Of a DNA stretch of 64,000 bases, positions 36,879 to 49,665 are shown one piece after another. Origin of the DNA: Microthyrium microscopicum (Eukaryota); contig MU004243.1 of the NCBI GenBank assembly GCA_010405405.1, forward strand, positions 553,340 through 617,339. The letters run 5' to 3'. Below the pieces are notes generated by a model that was given only the letters and a program-made list of their open reading frames with translations, was not told where the DNA came from and made no database searches. The number at the start of each line of letters is the position of its first letter. The stretch's first letter is position 1. The translations under genes were made by a program, and so were the position numbers.

Positions 36879-39800
36879 CTAGGTCTGAACAACCATCTCC
36901 TTCTCCAACTCGCCATCATCCCCCTTGAGCGCAGCAGCTTTCTCCATTTCGGCTTCAACCACCTCCTTCTTCTTGCCTGCTCGTTCAAGGGCACCGATAT
37001 ATGTCTTGTATTTGACATGTTCGCCCGTCAAATAATTCGCCCTTCTCGTCCAGTTCGTCAACGCCTTGGCTGCATTGCCATGGCGGGCTGTGAACGCGTT
37101 GGCCATGTGTGGCCGCACTTCAGAGTGATGCGAAAACTCTTCGTCTAGGGAGACGAGGTAGTCTTCTAGCGCGGACTTTTGGTCGACTTCGTGGAGTTGC
37201 GATGTGTTTACGGAGTAGGCGGGTGGTCGCCATTCCGAGAGGTGAGCGCGGTCGCCGGGGAGGGTGAGTGAGGTGCGTGAGGCGTGGCTGTTTGAGAGTG
37301 AGGCGTGTGAGGTTGAGGAGCCAGGTCGTGTATGTGGTGTGGACGTCGGCTGGGAGGATTGGCCAGGGGACGAAGTGTGAGAAGTTGATGGTGGGTGGGA
37401 TGAGGAGGAGAGTAGATGATCAGACCAGCCGTATTCTTCGCTCGAGACACCACCGATTAGGGGTTGGCGGGACAGGCGGGCGGACCAGTAATTTACGGTC
37501 CATGTCCATTCTTCGGCAAGTTCAACCGAGTTGACGATAAAGGCGTGGATTTCGCCAGTCGGTAAGTGTAGGTACCAAGTGAGTTTGTCGCTGGCGCTGC
37601 GGCTCTTAAGGTCGGCGACGGCCCACGTTTGGCGGAGAGTAAACTCTCCTAGCTCCGAGGCATTGTCTTGCCAGTTGCCACCACCGACGACTTTACCTGA
37701 GTTACCAGACGAGCTGGATGGTTTGTTCTTGTGCTGGCGGAGGTGTCGAAGGGCGGATTTGCCTGAGGTCGACTGGGAGCCGGGGAAAGAAAAGAGGCGC
37801 ATGCACCCCTTAGATACGACGGCAAAGATTTCTACAGGCCGATTGCGCTCTTTGTGACGTTTGCCGTTGGTCCCTGTCCATTGAATGTGCGTGAGGATAC
37901 CTTCCTTGGCCCACGGCGCTCCCTGGAGCTCGAGATCTTCGTTTTCTAGTAGCGGGATGGCGCGACCTTCGAGATCAATCGAGTCGGCGGACGAGGCAAT
38001 GTTATCGGCGGCGTTTTCCTCGCGAATTATTTTGCGAGACACGGCGTTGGCAAAGCCAATAGGCGCAAGACCACGCGTCCATGTGCCGAGTGATTCAACG
38101 CTCATACTCGTCTGTGTCTTGCCAAAAGAATGCTTGGTAAATGTGCTTGCGGCGGGTGACCACATGCTCCCGTCATCGAGACTAGTTCGAGAGGAGCCGA
38201 ATGTAAAGGTCGAAGATGGGTACATGCGAGGTCTGTTTCTCGATTTGGATGCAAACCGACTTTGAGATGAGCGCATATCACCAGGTCGTCCGCGGAATGA
38301 AGCATTTTCTGAGGGCGCCTTACTAAGAACAGATGGTGTCCGACGCAGCGCAGAGGCAACAACAGAGAGTGTAGCACCCGATTGTTGACGACCGCGAGGT
38401 AGTTCACTGGTGCTGCGTTCATTGGAGCCATGCAGCGGTAAGTGAACAGTTCGTATCGAAGTGTAGAACTCTTTGAGAACTGTTTCCACTTGCGCCTCCC
38501 AGCCTTTCATGCTGCCTTCCCATGGCGCATTGACCAGGATATTGCTCCCTTCGCCTTCCGGTGGCCCACCTTCACTGTCCGAGCGGGTTGGTGGGAGTCG
38601 TGAGAAACGATTTCGGTTGACGATGACATCGAGAGATGGTCGTTCGCCTTGTGCGAATTGAGGTGTCAAAGGCGTTGACGGATTGTCTGTAGAGAGAGCC
38701 CCTCGATCCTGTTTCTGACGTTGACGAATGGTCTCTGAGTTCTCCACTGACGAATCTGCTACACTACGCAATGTCGGGAGGGTATTTTTGACGAACTGGC
38801 TACGAGTCATTCGCTGAGCTGATTCGGCAATATGGAGATCGGTGTTGAGCATGAGTAAAGAATAGGCAAGAATATGGACGACATGCTTGTCTTTGAAGCC
38901 ATGTGCAGGGTTGGCCTCGCACCACCGATCGGAGAACGCGTCTATAACCCGATCAAGCTCTTGACTTTCCGCTCGTAGGATCAGTCTTGTACACAGTTCT
39001 CTGAACGAAGCGAGTATGTTTGATCCAGTCCAGTCGTATAGCTCCATGTATGCATGGCGCGTCCGAGCATTTGGTGCAGCATTTTGTCCAAGCCAGGCAG
39101 CTGCCGATGATTTTGTGATGTTCGTTTCATCACCGTCATAGATCTGTTGAGCCAGTTCGCGATCTTGATCTGTTATATTTGATGCAGAGCTCATGTCGAC
39201 GTTCTTCGCATCAATCTGCACAATTGGTAGACTTTCGACCGAGTGGAATATATCTTTGTCATTGTCTTCCTCAAAGTCAACGCTCAAAGGTTCTGAGAAA
39301 AGGCCATTGAAGGTCTTGGCAGTTTCAGACTGCTGTTTGGCTCTTTCCCCAATCTTTTCTTCAGAATCGGAAGGTCGCAACCAGACCCGGTTGTTACGCG
39401 GAGGCTGCGGCGACGAGTGAGAACTATTCGCCGACTCTTGCGGTATGAGAAAGTCATCGTCAACGTCTAATTGAGGGCGAGCAGCAGTGCCCGAAGACAA
39501 TGAGCGATGAGCAGAGTAAAATGATCGATCGGAAATAGGACTGAGGAGAGGACGATCGTTGGATGATGTTCTGACCGATAATGATAGATGATCGCGAGAC
39601 GTTGGAATGTGAACACCTAGTGACGAAGCTTTTTTCGGCACTGGGGCAGGCCTTGAAGGCATTGGAGCTTCTGAGTGTAAGGAGTCAACAAGTGTTGAAC
39701 TCTCATGAGTGCTGTCATAAAAGGATGTAGATGTATCTAGAGTTGGTGACGATGAGGGTAGATCACTAAAGCTTCGTGTTGGGAGTTGACGTGAGTCTCC

Positions 39801-41459
39801 ATCTTCGCGAGTACGGATTGCACCTGAAGCTGATGCTATTCGCGTGGGACCCGAATTGCCTAGTGCTTCAGCTTGCAAACTAGCATTATTACTCAATGGA
39901 TTCATAAGTGGAGAGCTCTTTTCGCTCAGTTGAGAGGCAGGGACATGACCATGTTTGGAGCTGTCATTGGAAAGATATGGTGCCATGACATTACGCAAAC
40001 TGTAATCCTCAGATCCTCGAAGACCGGGCATCAAATTAATCTTGTTTACAGCGGCATGTTGAGGAGGTTGCTGGGGTTGTTGAACTTGTTGGGATTGTTG
40101 GGTTGGAAAGTTCAGGGGTGGTACAGGGGGTATTGCATCCATATTTTGGTCAATTGACCGTTTGCGATGCCGTCGAAAGAAGGATGATGATGATTTTCGT
40201 AAAGTGTGATGCTGGTTGACGTTGTCGCCTCTAGAGCTGCTATCTGCGCCCTGAGTAGGAGGCCGAGATATAGACTTGTACGAACTCGAGCTATATTGCT
40301 GCGACGGCTGTGTTCTTGGTCTTTCTGATGTAGTGCTGGATGTCGCTGGAGGTTCTTCTTCCTTTTGGTGCTTTGAGCTGCCCCCAAAAACGCGTCGAAA
40401 GAATCCCGTCTTCTCTTTCGGTGCATGAGCAGGTGGCGAGGGAATTGACTTTAACCTGCTGGCAGCCGTAGGGCTAGTCACGGCCGACGGAACGGAAGAA
40501 GCAGATGTAGAAACAACTTGAGCATTGCGCAAATTATTCGTTGCGGATACAAACTGTCTAGCCTGATCCATGATAGTGGACGGGTCTTGATTAGGATTGC
40601 CATTTTGTTGTTGAGCGGCTTTGCTTTTACGAAAGGTTCTTGATGACTTGACACTATTCTGCCGTGAAGGTCCCTTGCGCGGTGTTACTGAAGGAGGAGC
40701 AGTCGATGAGATTGAGTCCTTGTGCCTCCTAGGTCCTCCTGGTATTGTGGGCGTCGGCGCAGCATCGGCATCATCATAATCGTATATCTCAGGCTCTGGA
40801 CTTGAAAGTGGTGGAGGGCGAGGAGCGCGCCTTGATGTGTTTCTCAGTCCGCCATCATGAACAGAAGTATCAAAACTGGCACCGCGAGTAGGTACATGCA
40901 CCATCGGCGAAGCATGTCCGCTCAAGACTGGGACAGCGCCCATGTCTTTATTGGAGCCATTGCTAGTCTTCCGCGCGTGCTTTGAGCTGGATCTTGTAGG
41001 GTATGGCATTTCAGCCTCGGTAGCATTCGGGGCGAGTGCCGTGGACGGAGGAAACGAGTTTGTATTTCGCGATCGCGCGGCGTCTGGGGTTCGGGGAGTA
41101 GGGACAAGCGGAGCATTGGCGCGTGCCTGGGCGTGGTATGCGCTGTACTTGCTCGCAATGTCGTCGATGTTGGTTGTCTTGAGCTCAGAGTATGAGGAGG
41201 AATGGCTATGAGCACGGGTAGGCTGTCCGTTGGGCTGCGGTGGTACAAGATACGGGTCGGGATGGGTAGAGGTAGGAGGGACAGGTTGGACAAGGTTTGG
41301 ATCGAAAGTAGAGGGAAGAGCAGCAGAGGGGTCACCAGGAAAGCCAGCCAATGATAAAAGCATAGAATCGACAACACTGTAACGGGTGAGTTGTACAGAG
41401 AGGTCGTGCGAGTCGCGATCTCGTGGCCGGTGAAGAACGTCGGGAGGTCTAGTGTCCAT
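36879..41459 (-). CDS. Sec7 + PH domain Arf guanine-nucleotide exchange factor (Syt1-like)
   Basis: Sec7 motifs LRAESQELDRVIDAFS and ILAYSLLMLNTDLH. PH region GAPWAKEG ... VNYWSARLS. Single 1526-aa ORF. Confidence 0.9.
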   Translation of the reverse strand: MDTRPPDVLHRPRDRDSHDLSVQLTRYSVVDSMLLSLAGFPGDPSAALPSTFDPNLVQPVPPTSTHPDPYLVPPQPNGQPTRAHSHSSSYSELKTTNIDDIASKYSAYHAQARANAPLVPTPRTPDAARSRNTNSFPPSTALAPNATEAEMPYPTRSSSKHARKTSNGSNKDMGAVPVLSGHASPMVHVPTRGASFDTSVHDGGLRNTSRRAPRPPPLSSPEPEIYDYDDADAAPTPTIPGGPRRHKDSISSTAPPSVTPRKGPSRQNSVKSSRTFRKSKAAQQQNGNPNQDPSTIMDQARQFVSATNNLRNAQVVSTSASSVPSAVTSPTAASRLKSIPSPPAHAPKEKTGFFRRVFGGSSKHQKEEEPPATSSTTSERPRTQPSQQYSSSSYKSISRPPTQGADSSSRGDNVNQHHTLRKSSSSFFRRHRKRSIDQNMDAIPPVPPLNFPTQQSQQVQQPQQPPQHAAVNKINLMPGLRGSEDYSLRNVMAPYLSNDSSKHGHVPASQLSEKSSPLMNPLSNNASLQAEALGNSGPTRIASASGAIRTREDGDSRQLPTRSFSDLPSSSPTLDTSTSFYDSTHESSTLVDSLHSEAPMPSRPAPVPKKASSLGVHIPTSRDHLSLSVRTSSNDRPLLSPISDRSFYSAHRSLSSGTAARPQLDVDDDFLIPQESANSSHSSPQPPRNNRVWLRPSDSEEKIGERAKQQSETAKTFNGLFSEPLSVDFEEDNDKDIFHSVESLPIVQIDAKNVDMSSASNITDQDRELAQQIYDGDETNITKSSAAAWLGQNAAPNARTRHAYMELYDWTGSNILASFRELCTRLILRAESQELDRVIDAFSDRWCEANPAHGFKDKHVVHILAYSLLMLNTDLHIAESAQRMTRSQFVKNTLPTLRSVADSSVENSETIRQRQKQDRGALSTDNPSTPLTPQFAQGERPSLDVIVNRNRFSRLPPTRSDSEGGPPEGEGSNILVNAPWEGSMKGWEAQVETVLKEFYTSIRTVHLPLHGSNERSTSELPRGRQQSGATLSVVASALRRTPSVLSKAPSENASFRGRPGDMRSSQSRFASKSRNRPRMYPSSTFTFGSSRTSLDDGSMWSPAASTFTKHSFGKTQTSMSVESLGTWTRGLAPIGFANAVSRKIIREENAADNIASSADSIDLEGRAIPLLENEDLELQGAPWAKEGILTHIQWTGTNGKRHKERNRPVEIFAVVSKGCMRLFSFPGSQSTSGKSALRHLRQHKNKPSSSSGNSGKVVGGGNWQDNASELGEFTLRQTWAVADLKSRSASDKLTWYLHLPTGEIHAFIVNSVELAEEWTWTVNYWSARLSRQPLIGGVSSEEYGWSDHLLSSSSHPPSTSHTSSPGQSSQPTSTPHTRPGSSTSHASLSNSHASRTSLTLPGDRAHLSEWRPPAYSVNTSQLHEVDQKSALEDYLVSLDEEFSHHSEVRPHMANAFTARHGNAAKALTNWTRRANYLTGEHVKYKTYIGALERAGKKKEVVEAEMEKAAALKGDDGELEKEMVVQT

Positions 41460-43286
41460 GATTGAGTGGAGAAGCGGAGGTTTTTGGGACTCGATGGGCT
41501 GGTTTATGGCAGGCGCCGCTGCGATCAGGAACGAACAAGTTTTAGTTCTGGATCGGGCCCAAAGTCATGCAAGGTTCTTTAGGTTGAAGCAGCAGCTTCG
41601 ATGGAGTCTTGAGTCTTGGTGAGGACTGGACTCAGTTGAGCGGAGAGAGGTGCGCGCGGTACCAGACAAGTGTGGGTGGATAGAGTTAGACAGGCCAGAG
41701 CAGCGTGTGAGCGCGTGTATGGATCCAGGGGTGGCACGCAGATGGGGCGGCGGTCAAGCACAAGTAGCGGACGCCAAGCGCCAGAAAAAGAGGGCTAGTT
41801 TTCGGTAAAAGATGAGAAAGATTCCCAGTTTCCCAGATCGACAAGTTGAAAGTTGGTAAAAGTCTAAAGGGAGAAGATAGGGTGGGATTTGGATTTGCAA
41901 GGTGTGAAGGAGAGACGCGTGAGAAAGGGAAATTACTCTAGTGTTCAGTTAGGGTTGGCTTGGGCATAAGATACCAAGTACATGATGTTTGAAGATCAAT
42001 GCAGTATAAAAAGATTAGAGGCTTAAAGATTTGACGTGTTTTATCTGTTAGTACAAGCCGCACATTCAGCAAGGGAGATTGAGATGGTAAGGATAGAAAG
42101 GGAGTTATCTCCTGGGTTGTACCGCCAGGCGCTTCTGGTGGGCGTTGTTGAAGGAGGCGCCATCAATTGCGACCTGTGAGGCTGTGATCTCCATCATCAA
42201 TTGAGGGAGTGAAGGTCCGGAAGGAGGATCAAAGTGGTTGAGGCGGAGAGTCATTTGGATGCATAACCCAATCAATGAATGCATCTGATATTGACGACTT
42301 GAAGGTCGCAAATCAGAAAGCGGATGCAAAATCTGGGCGTCTTGAAATCTTCAATTGAGTTGGCACAACCTGCAAACTAGCCGGCTGCCCCTGGCTAATT
42401 GAGTCTGTTTTAAACCCTTTTAGGCTTGGCTTGAACTAGTTATCGACATGTGGCGTTGAATCTTGGAGGAAGGTACGCTTGTGCGGTAGTCATTACCGTA
42501 GTGGGATGCATAAACGTGCCAATCCAGGAACGCTCCTTCCCTTCCTTTTCTTCTCCTGCTTCTTGAATCTTCTTCCAGCTTTCGTCCCTTCCATTTTTGG
42601 TCTTGAGTATTCTTTGCTCATGCCTGCATTGAAAAGGAGCTTCATCACCAGCACCAGCAGCAGCATATACCGCGGCTTAATACAATTGATCACATTGCCT
42701 CTAATGGTCACGCGCACATATCGCTTCTTATCGCCTATACATTCTGATACTGAATTGCTGCTGCCTCATACAACTTAAACAATCCCCACTTCTGCCCCGC
42801 TTCCTAAAACATCAACATCACCAAGCAAGGGACTAAGAATCATACAACCTCCTTCCCTACATCTGCCCCCTTTCGTCTACATACTTCACCGCTTTTCGTC
42901 GTGTGACTACAATACGCTTCACAAAACTAATGAAATACCTCAACAGGATACATCAAGATGTTTCATTTTCCACACACCATCCAGCAGTGCTCTACTTACT
43001 AGTACTATAGACTATATCTTTATCTACTTTGTCGGCCGAGTGAACCTTCCAACTTATGAAACATTAACCAAAGGATAGACTTATCATTCATCAGACATGA
43101 TCACTAATACGGGTTCTCTCATATTCAATTCAACCAGCAAGCAATCGTACAATAACATAGCTCACTCATTTCTCTTCAGCATAACATCCTTCAATACTCA
43201 CTCCGTCTTCCCAAACTTATTCCTCTCAACATAACATTTCCCAATAGGTATCTCCCCAAGCACCATCACCAATATAACCACCACAT

Positions 43287-44333
43287 CTATTTCTTCTTCC
43301 ACCTCACGCCACCCACCCACCCAACAAACCTCCTAATATCCTCCCTCTCCTTTAACCTCTCCACAGTATGCCACTCCCTCGCCAACTCCTCATTACTAGC
43401 AACCCGATGCACACACCCATGACAAGCCCAACACAACCCTACATCTCCATCAGCCCAAACCGCCTCTCCTCACAACTCCGAGAACACTTACAAGCAACTT
43501 TATTCAACTCCCACTCCTCATGCCACCTCTTCGCAATCCCATGCACTGATCTCGGTATCAAATGATGATATGTCAACGGCACCCAATCCCTGTCACACAA
43601 TTCACACGCACTTGCGCGCGTATTCGCCCATGTAGGTGGCGGCGCGGCGACTGCGCGGATGTAGGCTGGTATCACGGAGACGAGGAGGTCGTTGGCGGTG
43701 GGCAGGGCGTAGGTGGTTAGTGTGTCGGTTAGGTAGGCGGGGAGCGTGTTGGTGAGGGCGTCGATGGTGGGGGAGTCGGCGGTTAGATGGGTGGAGAGGT
43801 AGGGGGTGGTGAGGGTGGGATTGGTGAGGGTGGTGGAGTAGGTTAGGGTGCGTAGGTTTGCGGGGAGGCTGGAGAAGGTTTCGATGGCGATGTACTGGTG
43901 GTGGTTAGTTGGGGAGTGGAGTTGAAGGTAGGTTCGTGGGTTGTGAGATGGTGATGATGTGGGTTTTGAGACGGTGATACAATGCTCAAATGCCATTAGC
44001 AAAGAAGCAGCCCATCTTGCTGGCATATGGGCTGGCTGAGCAATGAGCATTGATACAATACCCCTTCGAGTATCCTGATGAGCTATATACTCGGCACAAA
44101 ACGGATACATGACATCTATATTATCAGGAACCACATACCTCGATAAAGTCAGCCAGGTCCTCAGTCGAATTATCAGAAGAGACTTGAGAAGTGACTGGAG
44201 TTGGATTCAATTTCGAGCTCCGTTTTTTTCTTTTCGTCTTCTTTTTTTTCTCGTCGTCACGTTGTGTCCATGACACAATAACCTCAGAGATACAGTCTCG
44301 AAACACCGCTAAATTATCTTGATTGTTGCTCAT
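43287..44333 (-). CDS. Conserved fungal HNH-like zinc-binding protein
   Basis: Introns 44138-43895 and 43491-43439 join DLADFIE|YIA.ETF and CELCDR..LTYHHLIPR..NKVA|WLCWACHGCVH. Confidence 0.8.
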
Positions 44334-47233
44334 TTTGAGTTGTGGGAAAGGGCGCTGTGTTTGGAAAGGGTCGTCATCGACACTTTTACAGTATTCCCCT
44401 CCTCAGGTCGATGATGTTGCGTTCTTTAGTTACAGCGGAATCAACACAGTCCTATAGCAGAAGGATAAACTGAAAGAGGAATAGGTGGCATTGCGAAATC
44501 CCCTCCAACATCACCGCTGCGGTGTCCAAAAACAGTTATTGCCAGATCGTAGTACCAAAACATAGAATAGTCCCTTCTAGCAGAATCGCCAGCCTGCCAA
44601 GCCATGCGATATCAAACCATTGCGATCGGTTACCGCCATAATTGTGAAAAAGTCCGATCAATACGCACGTGAGTTATACGATATCCCGATAATCCTGGCC
44701 GGTGATTATTCAAAGAGTGCATGGCTACATCCTGCTGCAAATCTGCATCTCAGCCTCCCACTCTGACAGATTTGCAAGGGAGGAGTCAGCATGGACAAAT
44801 ATTTTGGACCTGCGGTATCGTTTGCCAAGTTTTATTTTGGGAGATGGGCTTTTTGCTCTGCGCCTACTACTGCTCTGCGCACGGCTTTGAGATTGGTATT
44901 TTCATCATTGAAATGTTGTCCTGAATTGTCGTAGTGAACTGTGAGTGTGACACTGCCAACGTGCGTCTAGTGGCTAGCGGGACGGTTGACAGGCGCCATG
45001 GTTTAGCCGTTGTCACGGAGGGAGATGTTTCATGCTTTGAGTAGTTGGATGAAATGATTGCGGTAGTTGTAAGAAAGAATCACTGAGATAACAATGAAAT
45101 GTGCGAGATTTTGCTACATACAACCTACCTTATGGGGAGTATGAAAAAGTGGCCTACGAACTCCGAAGTGGGAGTATCAAGGGAGTAGCTATGGCGCGGC
45201 AGAGCAGTGGGGCACTCGCCAGTTATTGCTTTCCGACAGCACTTCATCTTGATCCCTTCAACCTCACTTCTTGCAGCCTCCGAGTCGCTACCATCAAAAC
45301 CAATGGCGCTTCACGCGCAAACCGACAAAGATAATTTGTCAATGTTCGACCACCTTCATAGTAGGTACCGATAGAACGGTGACGAGGAAAAAGCATCATA
45401 CGCGGTCAGAGAAAGGGCCAACGGCTAAAGCTACAACAACCCAAAATGGACCTCCCTTTCTATCCCTGGTCAAAACGTCTCGCTTGCCAGTCCGACTGTC
45501 CAATAGAGAATCGATCAAGGGGCAAATTGCTCGTACTGACCTCTTTTCTGGGCTGTGGACGATACAAATCCTTGTACAATGGCACATCCTAGACCAAACA
45601 CTTATGCAACTGTCAACTTCGGCTGCTGGACCGAACCAAAACTTCTGCACTCAAGATCTTTTCACGTTGTCGCTTAACGATCGGCTTGATGCACACGCTG
45701 CACTAAGCCTTGAAGACCGTTGTGAGACCATCATTCTAGCCTGGTCCGGGGCGACGTTGGGCTGATACTCTCCTGCTTTCTTCACTCTTGGGGTTGTGAG
45801 GCTTGCGTTTGGTCGTTGCCCTTTCATCCCTTCCCATGCACGCTTGTTTATCCAGTTGAATGGTACCGGAATTTCTCTATCCTTTTCTTCGAGTCGCGGT
45901 TTGATAGTAACGGCTGTCAGTGCCATCAATTGCTTCTGCAAGCCATTGTGTTTCAAACCTCGAGTTCATGAGTCTTGAGCTACACATGGCTGCAGCTTGT
46001 CAATCGGCCGCCTCCAGACGCCACCACCTGCCAAACGTCCTCCACGATTCCTCAATGCACACCTGTCAAACCAGGATATCTGCATGCTTTGGGATTTTCT
46101 CGTGCATGCAGAAGAGCTGTGACTAGAGTACGATATGCCTCTTGTTTCTAGCTTTTCGGATGTCTTGCCGATCATCCGCCTGCAAACCTTTACCCAGTTC
46201 AGATCATGTGTGATTTTGCTCCTATCACTAACTCATTTGACAGGCTAAAGCTATAGCACAAAGTTTCGTCAAAGACAACTGAAAATAGCAGTGTGCAGCG
46301 GTTTGTAGATCTGCTTTGCGCGGCGTGCGCGGATAATGCTCACGTCCGACGTCTGTCATCATATTTATCAAGTCACATTACTTGACTCGACCTGAAACTG
46401 TAGAAAGGGAGAACAAGCAAATCTGGTTAAATTCGGACACTTCTCCTGTCATTCAAAACGAGAATAAGTTTTAGAAACCCTTTGGCCGGTAAGAGGCTTT
46501 GCTTCAAGTCACCGTTATCACAGATGGCTTAGAACACTACTGCATGTCAACCAAAATGGATACAAATCAATCACTCCGGGGTTTATCTTCAAGGGTTGAT
46601 GCAAAACTAACACCATACACCTGGATCCAGAACAAATGTCAAGGGTCTCTCTTAATACTGGTTGGCGGAGAATCCGAGTTCAGAGACACCAAGCTCTTAT
46701 CCGAATCCGGTATCCTGGTCAGCCATTCGGTGGGAAAGACCTCAAAGAGCAAACTTGCGACAGTAGATATTCTCACCTTCCGTAAAGTCCGACATTTCTA
46801 ATTTCGTAATAATCCATTCTACGCTATTTGGACTTTCAATTGGCCGCACTAGTGCCATAAGCAGGACTTTTGCTTAATGCTGACATCTTGCTAAGCCACG
46901 CATTTTCTAGAGCATGGCATGTCAATCCTTTCAAAGCCTCCAACGTATCAAAACAACATGGAAAGGTACAATTAGTCTCTCCACCTTATATATCCGCTTG
47001 CCAACTCCTTGATAAAACGCCTGTCTACAACAACTAGCAAGGAAAACTGCTATCTTCCATTCGGTTTCTGTTAGTCTCACTTCTCTCAACGCCACTGTTT
47101 AAACATACAACATCTCCCAAATTTGCATACTCGCCTACGAACCCCCCTTGCAAGGAGCCCGTTCGAACCCGGCTCCACACAGCAACTCGCAGTCTCGTAG
47201 CGAGAACAGTACAGTAGTTATTGGGCCACATAT

Positions 47234-48224
47234 ATGACTTGCGAAATGTCGTTCTGTGCCTTTCAGTCTCCTCTACCTTTTCCGTTATCTCTCCCTCATC
47301 ACGAGTCCATTCCCATAAGGCTCCCCTCTATAGACTTTTTCTCCTCCCCAGAACTACCACCCACCCCACCGGATTCGCTGCCATCATTGTCACACAACAT
47401 GAATCCAAACGGTAGCAGGATACCGTACTCTACATACCCATCACAAGGCTACCTCCCACACAGCCAACAAGTGCCTAGCGACGCATACCACACTTCTCTA
47501 CCATCTCACCAACTACCCCAATGGAGCCATCCTCAGTACAACACACAAGGCTATGAAGTCCCATCACAACCATCCCAACAGCCGCAAATGTGGCTTCCCA
47601 TGCCACTAATGCCCACCCACCAACTCCAACAACATTCGCCATACGACCACCACCACCATCACCAGCAGTATGCCATGCACTCACCCCTCAACGACTCAGG
47701 CACACGTACCGAGCGGTCTCACAGCTTAGCCACCACATCCATATCCTCCGGCATACCATCGCCCGAAGCATCACCGCGCACTGGCCCACGCGCAGAATCA
47801 CCAGGCCACGCAGATCTCAACATGTACGGCTTCATGAACCCAGAAGGCACATGGAGCTGTGCATACCCAGGCTGTACGAGCCGCGCAGTGTTTACGCGCG
47901 GATGTGATCTTCGGAAACATCATAAGAGACATACGAAGAGCTTCTTTTGCAGATATCCGGGCTGCTCGCAGGCGTCGGGCGGTGGGTTCTCGAGTAAGAA
48001 GGATTTGGCTAGACATGAGGCGAAGCATAATCCGGGGGTTGTTTGTGAGTGGGGTGGTTGTGATCGGATATTTAGTCGGGTGGATAATATGGTAAGTTGA
48101 CGCTCTTATTTTTGAGATGATTTGTGGGAGTGAGTGCTAATAGGTGTGACAGAGAGATCATGTTAAGAGGATACATCTCAAGAGCCATCGTAGTCCTGGG
48201 AAGGGCTCATCGAGTGCGATGTAG
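47234..48224 (+). CDS. C2H2 zinc-finger transcription factor (three fingers)
   Basis: CAYPGC..HHKRH, CRYPGC..HEAKH and CEWGGC..RVDNM|RDHVKRIH across an intron at 48092. The start could instead be 47399. Confidence 0.9.
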
Positions 48225-49439
48225 ATGTGTCAAGTCGAAGTGGTTTAATGAAGTGGTTGTACTATCAAAGATGGCTATTGTTCACATCAATTCATAGAAG
48301 CATCAGGAATCATTTCCGCGGGTTTTTCTTATTTTATTTGTTTGACATCAAGCAGCATTAGCATGCACAGCGGATGGAGTATTTACACCATTTTGGGATC
48401 ACAAGAATATCTTGAGATCTCAGGAGGGAAGCATTATCATTATTTTATCATCATATAGGGGCACAACTACAATTTAGCCCAAAGCCGACCAAATTTCGCT
48501 ATAAACAGCAAAAGCTTTGGTAGAACAACTCAAATACTACACAAGAGTCAAGAGAAACAAAAATCTTAATCCCCAATCTCGGTATTACCGCGACCATGCC
48601 TAATTCTGTTCAACCTACGTGTTCTGTCTCTCGCTTCAACTTCCAGATTCTCACACGCGATATCTCCGTGCACTAACTCATTCCGGTTCAATGAGCTTTT
48701 TTGATACCATAACATCATCTCCCTGTCTTGTCATCTTCAACTTTTAACTAGTTACAGTTTACCTTTTTCGCCCCTTGATCCCCAGTAGTGACTGTACCTA
48801 TTCTCGGGCATCTCCCAGGCTAATATTCATGCACTGTGAGCAATGCAACAACAGGGGACCCAAGAGCCCATCCTCCCAACACAGGCATCCCGACCGTCGA
48901 TCCGGCAAGGCTGAGCAGCCTCGTCACTGGCTGTGTGGAGTGGGGGACGTTTTTTTGGGGGCACAGACTGGTTTGCCTTTTGAGTTTGACAAGGTAGGGA
49001 TTCCTGGTATTTTATGCCTGGTTAAGAGGTTCCGGTGCTTTTCGGCGGAGGAGTTAGCGTGCTGTCAGCAATAAGTCAGATGGCAGAGCCTCCGAGGTAG
49101 CATCTATTGTGTCGGAGGTTCGGGGTTGGTGGGTTGTAGGCTGTGGGGAGATACGTGAAATGGGGCTTGGCGGGTTGGGTGATGTGGGTTTATTTTGGTA
49201 GGATGTTTGATGGTGATGGGTAAGCAGGTTGGCTTTTATAGACTTCGGGATGTTGGGTATTGTGTTGTTGGCATCACAGCCTTGCAGGGATCGGGTGGCC
49301 GATGAAGTTCATTGTTGTTGCCTTCGTTTGATCCATACCTGGAGGTTTGGTTGTGGTTTTGGAAATGCGGCATCAATGAGTGAGAATAGATTTTTGCCAT
49401 TCGCTAGACACTTACTTATATCGTGCCACAATAGCTACC

Positions 49440-49665
49440 TACCATAGCGCGCGAGGGGGACTTATACAAATGATCGTAGGGGAATCTTAGGCAAGAACGA
49501 ATCACTTCAGCATGTTATGATTGTTTTTATTCTTCATAATTATGCTTTCATCATCGTAACAATAATGTCTGCATAGCTTTAATTAGCAAAGGGGGAGAAT
49601 TAGTAAATTTGTGTACTAAATCCTCATACGATGATTTCTATAACTCCCCCCTCCACGCTATGGTA
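49440..49665. mobile_element. MITE-like element with ~50-bp imperfect TIRs and TA target duplication (Tc1/mariner type)
   Basis: Left end TA|CCATAGCGCGCGAGGGGGACTTATACAAATGATCGTA. Reverse complement of right end TA|CCATAGCGTGGAGGGGGGAGTTATAGAAATCATCGTA. AT-rich non-coding interior. Confidence 0.75.

Noticed and set aside
44070..44110. CTGATGAG suggesting a hammerhead ribozyme
   Set aside because: The required GAAA after stem II is absent (the sequence reads ACAAAAC).
47154..47177. GGAGCC-CGTTCGAACCC-GGCTCC, B-box / T-arm-like hairpin
   Set aside because: No D arm, anticodon arm or terminator; not a tRNA.
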